From Cyanophora paradoxa CCMP329 (taxonomy: Eukaryota > Plantae > Glaucophyta), in NCBI GenBank assembly GCA_004431415.1, contig QPMI01000577.1, positions 1 through 64,000 of the forward strand: a DNA stretch of 64,000 nucleotides, read 5' to 3'. The notes under the pieces are model-generated. The model had not been told where the DNA came from, ran no database searches, and saw nothing but the letters and a program-made list of their open reading frames with translations. Position numbers and translations under genes: made by a program. This document shows positions 1 to 9,160 of the stretch, piece by piece (the stretch's first letter is position 1; the number at the start of each line of letters is the position of its first letter).

Positions 1-2159
1 TTGCATGCAAACATGAAGATATCCCCAAGCTTTTCAAAGCTATGGATTGGTGAAAAAAGAGGATTATGACAGTGGAGTTTACAGCTCCACACAGAACCTA
101 TCTGCCTCAATTGCTGCAAAGGTGAGACTCTGATGCTCAAAAAAATCAAAGAAAGATGTTGATAAAAACGTTTGCTTTAAGAAATTCGTTGACTGTGACA
201 AAGTGTTAATGCGAAATGAGGACTTCTTTGTATCTTTCTTCTCAGCTTCTACTAAACTTGTGGATGAATCGAATATTTCTGCATTCGCAAATTATAGCCC
301 TGAGCCAAAACCAGTTAAAAAGGAGCCAAAAAGTGATAAAGTGAAGACTGAGAAGGTAGAAGCTGAAAAAGACACTGAACCCGAAAATCCTGTTACTTTC
401 GAACTGCTACAAAGTGTTATAATGGGTCTGAACGGTGAGAGAGCTAATGAGTATAAACTTGGATTGATGTAGGACTGGTCATCATCAATGTTGGGGAAGA
501 CAACAAGTTTCACCCCTAAATGGCAAGCTGAACTCTTCCACCAATTCTCAGAACAGAGTGACAAGTTATGATTAGATGAATGCCAGGAGAAGTTTACACA
601 GCTTCGCAGAAGCAAGAAGAAGGCTGAGCCTGCAAAAGTGTGACCTTCAAATCCTTGGTTTATTGGTTGACAAAGATAACAATGACTTTTTCAAGGAACT
701 CTTCCCCAAAAGTATGCATTCCTACCAGAGGACACAGATGAAATCGATTACAAGACTGCAAGTATCCCTCCTTTGGCTGAACATTACAATGTGCATAAGA
801 GTATTTCAATGCTCGAATGCATCATGTTGAAATGTTGGTTGTGTGATGCTCTGGGATGAACAACTACTTTGCTGGATGCCCAAAGATATTGGGAAGCTCT
901 CTACAAAGCATTTCCCCCATTTGATGCATAAGGTGATTGTCAATGAGGGAACAGATAATGAGAAAGAGAAATGGGAGCAATCATTTAGGAAATGGATTGT
1001 GGATCCAACAGCCACAGATCAACTTACATGGATTTCCTCCCCCTCCTGCTACTCTCAGTGCAAAATGCAAGTCTGTATTTAATCTCTATCCAGGAATGAA
1101 GTCGACCATCAGCAATTCGAAAATGCTCCAGAGGATGTAATGCTGAGATGATTAAGCCTTTCCTAGATCACTTGTTCTTAATGTCTGGTGAGGATCAAAA
1201 TACCTATGAATATCTGTTGAAATGGTTGCCCACATGCTGCAAAGCCTGGGGAACTCAATGAGTATCCTTAATCTTCATTGGTGAGCAGGGAACTGGTAAA
1301 ATGTGTTGGTTGATACTTTCCAAAAGAAGATACTTGGAGATGCCCCTAAGTTATGGCAACTGGAAAGCCAAAAGAGGATCTGTTTGGTCGATTTGCCCAC
1401 AATAGAGAGGATAAGATCTTGATTGTTGTGAATGAAGCCTCAGCAAGGACACATTCGAAATAATGATATGCTCAAAGATCTCATAACTTCTGATAAGATT
1501 GTAATTGAACACAAAGGGATAGATTCATACACAAAAGCAACTTTGCCAGATTATATTCACCAGCAATAACAACATTCCAGTGAAATTGAAGCTGGAGATA
1601 GGCGATTGTGGTTGTTGAAGTTAGTAAGAAATTCGCAAAGGATAGTCATACTTCCTTCCACTTGTAAATGGCTAAATGATCACTGCAATATTCGAAACAT
1701 TGCCCACTATTAGAACCAAAGTTGACTGTGAGGATGTGAACTGGATTGCTGATAGACCCTTACAAATAAATACTATTTAGCCACAGGTGTGCGCTCCAAT
1801 CATTCTTATGTTCACTAAGTGGCTTGTGGATCGAGGCTTAATTTCCGAGAATAAATGCAAGTCTGGTAGCCTTGTGGAAACCTGGAAGTGGTTCCAGGAG
1901 TTTATTACCAGCAATAAATATAAAAACGATTATAATAGTCGCCGATATTATACTGAAATGAGAAGTGTTACATATATCCAGTGAAACTACAAATGCAACA
2001 ATACTATCATTTCCTATTCCCACAAGTATTTGAGGAATTCAGAAAGATGAAGCTTGTAGATGATGAGACTATTGAGGAAGAAGCTAATCCAAGGATGAAA
2101 CAGGACCTACTGCTGCTGATCCTGATGCATCAGATTATGATTCTGATGTTGAAGTTTAG
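1..2159 (+). CDS. Primase (PriCT-2) - superfamily 3 (D5/NrS-1-like) helicase, 5'-partial, multiple frameshifts
   Basis: Joining frames gives PriCT-2-like RANEYKTWIDVGLVIINVG (~440-495), YEYLLKW.AHMLQ (~1205-1245), Walker A GEQGTGK (~1279-1299), Walker B ILIVVNEA (~1416-1439) and motif C IFTSNN (~1553-1570). Acidic tail ends at TAG 2157-2159. Confidence 0.85.
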
Positions 2160-2169
2160 GTTTACTCAA

Positions 2170-2346
2170 AAGTGGACTCATGGTTACTCAAATTATCATA
2201 AAAGACCCAAACAGTCTTTTATTTATGGTTTATTTATCGATTAGGTTGACTAAGTGGGGGAGTTGACTCATTTTTCACAGATTCTAAAAAGGACTCTGCC
2301 CTAAAAAGAAATAAAAAGTGCCTCAACTCCACCCACTAAGTCAACC
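2170..2346. repeat. Inverted-repeat module copy 1
   Basis: ggttgactaagtgggggagttga (2244-2266) is inverted to tcaactccacccactaagtcaacc (2323-2346); homologous to 8352-8539. Confidence 0.85.
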
Positions 2347-2396
2347 AAAAATGATTTAAGAGATAGAAAAATATATTTATATGTAAGTAGTAAGAA

Positions 2397-2746
2397 ATGG
2401 CTGGAACAGATCATGATTCTGGATCGATCTATATGATTGAGAGTGAAGAATTGAATAAAGTTTATATAGGAGAACCTCACAGCCACTACAAAAAAGATGG
2501 AGACAACACAAATCAGGTCAAATGCCATCTACAGCAGACCTATGCAAGGCTTCTGATGTGAGGTTTTCAGTCCTTTATTCAACTAAGAAGGGTGGGCATG
2601 AAGACCTTATGAACAGAGAAGCATATTACATGTATCTCTTTGAACCTTGGATAGTCAATCTACAAAAACCGAAATCTCGATTTAGGATTAATAGGTTTTT
2701 GCGATTTCATTCAGAGGAAGCCAATGGATCCATTAAAACATTTTAA
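2397..2746 (+). CDS. GIY-YIG endonuclease (one frameshift at ~2473)
   Basis: ATG 2397 gives MAGTDHDSGSIYMIESEELNKVYIGE. Restoring one A gives TSQPLQKRWRQH and joins ORF 2522-2746 (LMNREAYY...IVN). GIY/YIG, Arg, Glu and Asn motifs are in the expected order. Confidence 0.8.
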
Positions 2747-2806
2747 ATTGCGTTTAGAACATCCTAAAATAAAATATCCCCTTAGAATAGGAACAAGTTA
2801 GGAATA

Positions 2807-5800
2807 ATGCCCCGAATTACCAACAAACTCATAAGGGAGAAGAAATGGGAACTCATGGGATTGCTGGGAACACTATATGCAGCCCATGAAATAACAGAGG
2901 CTGAATATGACCGGGAAATAGATTTAATTGCAAGGGGCAGACCCACTTTAAGCAGATTAACCAGAAAAGCAAATAACCTATATGATAAATTGAAACCTTG
3001 GATGAACTGGATAGGCTTAGGCAAATAGAACCAGAGGCAGAAGATGGAACAGCCATGAATGAATTATATCGCTGGCTCACATACAGAGCCAGAAGGAAGT
3101 TGTTGTAGATGTGATTGAATTCCTGGATAGAATTGCTACATCCCTTCCAAATCGATTAAAGCAGGGTTTAGATCAATTCAGGGCAATCAAGGTTCGCTTG
3201 TCTTTTATCTGCAAGTTCGTTAAAGTGAGCAATCCACAGGTTTGATATCGAAATACATTTACAGTGATTACTTTGTATTAACCAGTCGAGAAATATTCGA
3301 ACTGAGCTGAATAAAGCAGCCCAATGTGTCAGGAGCAGATGAATGTGGTTGATAGCTATCGCTTAGAAAGAATTGAAATACTCAGATGGCTATTATGAGT
3401 TATGCTCCAACTGGTGGATGCTTTCTACAAACCCCAGAGTGGATTGCTAGGAAGAGAGCCACAGTGAATATTCGAAATATAGATGATTCCTGCTTCGAAA
3501 ATGCGATTTTAGCCTCGATTTACAGAAAATCTATTAACTCCCATAAGAGGAATGAGCTTTCACAATATCGCAAATGGAAATACTCAGCAATCGCTTATAA
3601 TCCGCTGGCTCTCATTTCGACAATATCCCATTCCCTGTTGCCTGTGATGCTGAAATAATTGATAAATTCGAGGCTCAAATGCAGGCATTAGCATTAATAT
3701 ATTCGGAATCGATGGAGAGGTTGTTTATCCCTGCATCAATCCAGTTACCCAGGCAGAAAGCATAAGGTTAATCTCATGCTGATATTTGATGATGAAGGGA
3801 ATGGTCATTATATTACAATCATGTCCCTTTCAAGATTATTGAAAGTAAACCATGAAACATACAATGATCAGAAGTTACACTACTGTGACACATGCTTATC
3901 TCGATTCAGGTCTGAGGCTAAACTCACTGCTCATGTGGACTCAAATAGATGCATTGATTGGAGACTCTCAAAGGGAATCACACCAAAACCTGAGACCACC
4001 ATAGAGTTTGGACTGAAAAACCTCAGGAAAACTGTTTGGCTTCCTGTTGTGGTTTACTGCAAGATTGAACATAGAAGCATCCCATTGATGCATCAAAATC
4101 TAAGAGGGAAGTCTCAGCAGTCAACCTGAGAGTAGTCACTGGGGCAGATGTTCAGGAGTTTCGATTTGAGGGTCAGGATCCAATGGGAGGTCTCTTTGAA
4201 TGCTTGGAGTCCAAAGCAAGAGAACTAATCGATTTCCTGTTTACCAACATTCCTATGAATGAACTCACAGATGAGCAGAAAGCAATTTACAGAGCTACCA
4301 AACACTGTTACCTTTGCAGTGAGAGTTCACTAAGGAGAACTTCAAATGCAGGGATCATGATCACCACACAGGTCATTATATTGCTCCTGCATGCAGAAAC
4401 TGCAATCTCCATAGGAGAATCTCAAAGCAAACCAAAGTTGCAGTAGTTGTTGACCAAATGGATGACTGTGGGACATTCATTTTCAGAAAAATAGCAGGCA
4501 TGGGTGATAAAAGCGAATCGAAATCCTTTCGAAAAACTTTGATCAATACCTTTCATTGCAATGGGTCTTTACAAGTTCATTGATGCAAGCAATTTCATGG
4601 ATTTTGGAGCTGCTGATGTAGATGAGTTAATGAACAAATTCCAAGCCTTCAGAAGGCTTTCACACTCAGTATATGGACTTGACCCAGTTCATTATGTATC
4701 TGCACCTGGGTTATCTTGGGATGCTATGCTTAGGACCACCGAGGCAAAAATAGAGCTTATAAGTGATGTAGAGCAATACGAATTTGTTGAGAGGGAATCA
4801 GGGTGGCTTTGCAACAATGCCTTGTAGGTATGCTGAGGCTGATGGTGAGAACTCCCACATTATGCTGTTTGATGCTAACAACTGTATGGCTACTGTTTGA
4901 GTCAGCCATTCCAGTTGGTGATTTTAGATGGGAGACCGAATTCAACCCACAAGATAACAGATCCAGTTTCCTGGAAGTTGATCTGGAATACCCAATAAGG
5001 CTATATCTAGACCACAGTGATTTCCCCCTAATTATTAACAAGAAAATAGTAGAATATGCGGAATTATCACAATATCAAAAGAGCCTGTTGGATCTTTCAG
5101 GAGAAGAGCTTGATAAGACCCCTAAGCTAACTGCAACCTTTGGTTCTGTGGCAAACTATGTTATTTCTGAGCCTCTTCTGCAATATCTGTTGGACAAAGG
5201 TGTGAAATTAAAGAAAATTCACAGGGTCCTCTCATTTACTGTGGCTCCTGTAATGAAACCCTACATTGAGCTGAATACTGAGATGAGAAGGAAAGCAGTG
5301 AATAAATTCGAGGCTGATTTCTATAAACTCATGAATAACTCAATCTATGGGAAATGCATTGAATCTTGCAGAGGTAGATCTGTGGTTAAGATTGCAAACA
5401 GTGAGAAACTGTTTATGAAATATGCAGCTTCCCCATTGGTGAAATCAACAAGTCCCATAAACGAAAAAGCAGTTGCCTTTGAGTTTTACACAAAGCATGT
5501 GAAACTAGATAAGCCTGTTGCAATTGGGGCTTATGTTTTGGATGCAGCCAAACTGCATAATTACCAGTTCTTCTATGATACTGTAAGGTCCCAATGGACA
5601 AAAGCAAAGTTACTATTCCATGATACTGACTCCTTCTGTCTATATATTGAATCTAAGACCTTACAAAAAGATATAGAGAATATATCTTATGCCTTGGACC
5701 TAGGGGGATCTAACAGAATGACCCCAGGTAAATACAAAAATGAAATGCCTGGCTCTGCAATATTGGAGTATGTAGGTCTGAGAGCAAAAGTTTACAGTTT

Positions 5801-6035
5801 CAGAACTGCTGAGATTGAGAGGAGTAAGCTCTCTGGGACTTCCACTGAGGAACTCCAATTTAATGATTTTAAGCAGTGTTTATTTGCAGGTATCAGCAAG
5901 ACTGTGACTGCAAAGCAGAAGAGAAGGGCAGATCACACAATAATAGATACCGTGAGTAGAAGGGTTGCCCTAAACTGCTTTGATGCAAAGAGATACATCT
6001 TACCAGATGGTATTAATTCTGTTCCTTTTAATTAA
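2807..6035 (+). CDS. polB: Protein-primed-type family B DNA polymerase (Polinton-type), frameshifted in 5' half
   Basis: NIRNIDDSCF...GHY (OTU-like Cys/His region), C2H2 finger HYCDTC...H, EndoVII-like CYLC...RDHDHHTG...CRNCN (~4306-4406), YGLDPVHYVSAPGLSWDAML, motif A FDANNLYG (frameshift ~4883), motif B KLMNNSIYGK, motif C HDTDS, GLRAKVYS. Confidence 0.95.
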
Positions 6036-6038
6036 GAG

Positions 6039-7423
6039 ATGCCAGCAACTGGAAGAATAGTTAGGAGAACCACTGAGCAACTACAAGGTAACCTACTGCC
6101 TATCACAGTTCCAAAGGAGGAAAAAGGGGAATCTCGAATTGTCAAAAAATCAGAGATGAAAGAGCTTGTCCCTGTGGAGATCCCAGTTGCTATTGCAGTG
6201 AAAGAAACTAGCAAGATTGCCAAGAGATTCTATGATGTGAGGACTGGTTACAAAGGGCTTCAAGCTATGAGGGCTGAGTTACCAGATGAATCCTATAAGC
6301 AGTTGCAAGAGTTCTATAAAAAACAAGAGGTAGTTCAGATCAATGCACCTGCTATATCTAGGAAGAGAGATCCCATGGTTCCAATAAGGCAACCCTTGAT
6401 ACCTATGTGATTGATTTGCTCTTTTTCCCAGCTTATAAGAAACAAAACAATGGCTATGATACCTTTATGACTGCTATGGAATCAACACTGAGAACTGGAT
6501 ATATCATACCTATAAGAGATAAATCAGCTCTCACTACATTAGCTGCATTTAAGCAGCTTGAAATGAGAGTGGCAAGACCCATAGTAAAAGTTCAATCAGA
6601 TGCTGGGAGTGAGTTCCAAAATCGAATATTCCAGGAGTATTTATCTAGTAAATTCATAGAACACCAAGTGAGTGGAACTGCTGACCATAGAAGCCAAGGT
6701 CGAATTGAAGCCTTTAACAAGCAGATTAAGAGACTGATCACAAACTACTGCATAGCTAATAACACAGCTAGATTCTTTGATGTGTTAGGTGATATTGAGT
6801 ATAATTACAATAATACAGTTCACTCAGCTACTAAGATGAAGCCAGGCGAAACTACAGAGGAGCATTATAGGTATATAGTGGGATTAGAAGATGAAAGATT
6901 CAAGAAATCAATAGCTTACCTTGATACCATGCAGCCAGGCATGTTTGTTAGAGTGAAAGTTGAGAAAAATGCCTTTGCTAAACAGGGTAACAATTGGTCT
7001 AGGATGGTTTACACTGTTGATAGTAGGGAAGGCTTTAAGTTTAAGCTAAGGAGTCCCACTGGTGAGATCATAGAAAACAGGTTTGCTTTCCATGAGCTGT
7101 TACCTGTGAATTCAGTTGAGTATCTGGAAACACCTACAGTGGATGCATTAGAGCAAGCCAAAGAGGAAGCCAAGGTTGATGCTGCTATAAGGAGAGAAGG
7201 CATAGAAGCTGCTAATGAAGTCCCAGATAAGCCTTTGATAGAGGCTAGAAAGGAGAAGACTGGCAAGGTTAATAGGGAACTCAAAAAGCTCACTATAGCA
7301 GGGACACAGAAACTTTCTGAGGTTAATAGCCAGAGATGGTATAATGACTTTCAGACTACTAAGGAGTCATATACAGCCCCTAAACCTCAGAGAACACTAA
7401 GAGAAAGGACCAAAACTAGCTAG
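6039..7423 (+). CDS. Retroviral-type (rve) integrase of Polinton/Maverick type; ORFs 6039-6410 and 6407-7423 joined by a 1-nt deletion at ~6396
   Basis: Restored junction QPFDTYVIDL supplies the first Asp; QSDAGSEF and GRIEAFNK complete the DDE triad; YNNTVHSATKMKP and NWSRMVYTV are typical. Starts 3 nt after the polB stop. Confidence 0.93.
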
Positions 7424-7898
7424 TTTGCTAGGCAAAAACTCGTTTTTTCCAAATATATGTATGACTGATATACATATATGCACATGATATACACATAGTC
7501 TTGTAGATCTTATCAAGCGCTTCACAGCGATATGCAGAACGTTGCGTTTTGATGATCTGGTGATGAGATATAACAGTTTGAAGATGCAAAAGTCACTTGC
7601 CATAGTAGACTTGGTGAAACACTAGCCCAGGAGTCGACTAGATGGCAAGCCGTTTTTGGCTCAGAGAATAAAGCGCTAGATTACTGACTCAGAACTACGA
7701 GGCTCAAATCCGACCGGGAACCTTTACTTCGTTCGCCGTGAAACTTGAAAAGAAAAAAAAAAACGCGGTTTTTTCTAGATTAATGCTGTACCCGTCTAGA
7801 AACTCACTATTGCTACGATATCTCAACACCACATGCTCAAATCGATGCGCTTAAAACGTCATAAAATCGAGCATTTTAAGGCGGTCACAGCGCTACTA

Positions 7899-8270
7899 TC
7901 ACATCTAGGATTTTCGATACCTGTGACTCCAAATCGCGATGAAACCGATTTTGAATTTTGATTTTAAATTCGATTAAAATCCATTAAACGTGAGTTTTTA
8001 ATACAGATCACCAGGAAGTTATCAAATCGATACACCAACGATTCAATATAATCACCAATATCATACATAACAATAAATTGCAATCACATCTACGAATCTC
8101 GATGTGTATACATCGCTATTACGATTAAACCGATTTTGAAAATTCAAAACTAATTCGATTAAATTCGATTATAACGAAAGAGTTAAAGATCTACATCAAA
8201 TACTTATCAACTCAATCACCTGATAACATCGAATAATCAACCCAAATCTACTTTAGAGATAATCGTGATT
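7899..8270. repeat. Diverged ~185-bp tandem repeat (2 units)
   Basis: tcacatcta...aaaccgattttgaa...ttcgattaaa...ttatcaa recurs at ~185-bp offset (units start ~7899 and ~8084). Confidence 0.65.
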
Positions 8271-8351
8271 ACATATGTGAAATCATCAATCTAACACTGC
8301 ATTTAGTAAGCATCTCCCCTTGATTCCCCCTATTATATTATATTTATATTT

Positions 8352-8539
8352 AAGTGGACTCAAGGTTGACTCATATTAATCGTAAAAGTAGTAATAGTAT
8401 ATGGATTTTGTTACGAATTCAATGCAAGGGTTGACTAAGTGGGTTGAGTTGACTCAAATTTCACAGGAAATATTTGGGACCTAAAGTTTTCTAAAAAGGA
8501 TTTCAAAAAATGTGTCAACTCCCCCCACTTAGTCAACCC
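8352..8539. repeat. Inverted-repeat module copy 2
   Basis: Same ordered motifs as copy 1: aagtggactca, ggttgactaagtggg..gagttgactca, tcacag, tctaaaaagga, tcaactcc..ccact.agtcaacc. Confidence 0.85.
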
Positions 8540-8840
8540 TGACCATAAACAGTAAGGATTTGAGCTAACATGTATCACAAAGTGAACATTTTGAGTCCAC
8601 TTAGAAGATCCACTTTTGAAATCCAAGTTGATTTTGCTTGAAATTTCAAAGTTGATCTAAAAGTGAGTCCACCCTGATTGATTATGGTAACAAAGTTGAC
8701 TAAGTTGACTAAGTTGAGTCATCTTAAGAAATTCAAAGAGACTAAGAGTTCAAAATGTTTATGAAAAGTGAGTCAACTTAGACCACTTCTGATAACAAAG
8801 TTAAATATTTAATTGATTTAATCGGAAAAGAACATGATTT

Positions 8841-9065
8841 AATCGAATTTATTGATATAATTCCGATTAGATTCATTTAGGATTCAATTAAGATCAATCG
8901 AAGTTATTGATATAATTCCGATTAACTACAATTAAGATACAATATCGATTAATCGAGTTTATCGATATAACATCGATTAAATTAATTGAAAATGCATGTA
9001 AAAATATGAAAATTCAGGTGAAAATTCAAATAAATTAATCGATTTTATTGATATAACATCGAATC
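8841..9065. repeat. Four subterminal quasi-palindromic iterons AATCGA..TTAT(T/C)GATATAA...CGA
   Basis: Copies at ~8841, 8896, 8951 and 9037. Confidence 0.85.
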
Positions 9066-9138
9066 ACACATATGAATATTCATATTTTAATCCTGAGGCG
9101 GAACGCCGAGGGATTAAAATATGAATATTCATATGTGT
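9066..9138. repeat. Perfect 28-bp inverted repeat (hairpin) at the element/host junction
   Basis: acacatatgaatattcatattttaatcc (9066-9093) is the exact reverse complement of 9111-9138; 17-nt GC-rich spacer. Confidence 0.95.
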
Positions 9139-9160
9139 ATCATCTGGCATGCACATGTGC

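Larger units (their letters stand above)
1..9138 (+). mobile_element. Endogenous Polinton/Maverick- or virophage-like DNA element (right part; left end outside window)
   Basis: Abrupt switch from AT-rich, intron-less DNA to GC-rich host at ~9140; tightly packed helicase, GIY-YIG, pPolB and rve integrase genes; repeat-rich non-coding end. Exact right boundary uncertain (9070 or 9138). Confidence 0.9.

Noticed and set aside
6385-6410. Programmed -1 frameshift in the integrase
   Set aside because: No slippery heptamer, and the same 1-nt deletion pattern occurs throughout the element.
7650-7723. Functional tRNA gene
   Set aside because: Acceptor and T stems do not pair; kept only as a low-interest relic.
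8841-9065. CRISPR-like array
   Set aside because: Only four degenerate repeats with irregular spacing, no cas genes and a eukaryotic context; better explained as terminal iterons.
1-9138. Bacterial prophage or contaminant
   Set aside because: The pPolB and rve integrase motifs are of Polinton type; there are no phage structural genes and no clear Shine-Dalgarno pattern.
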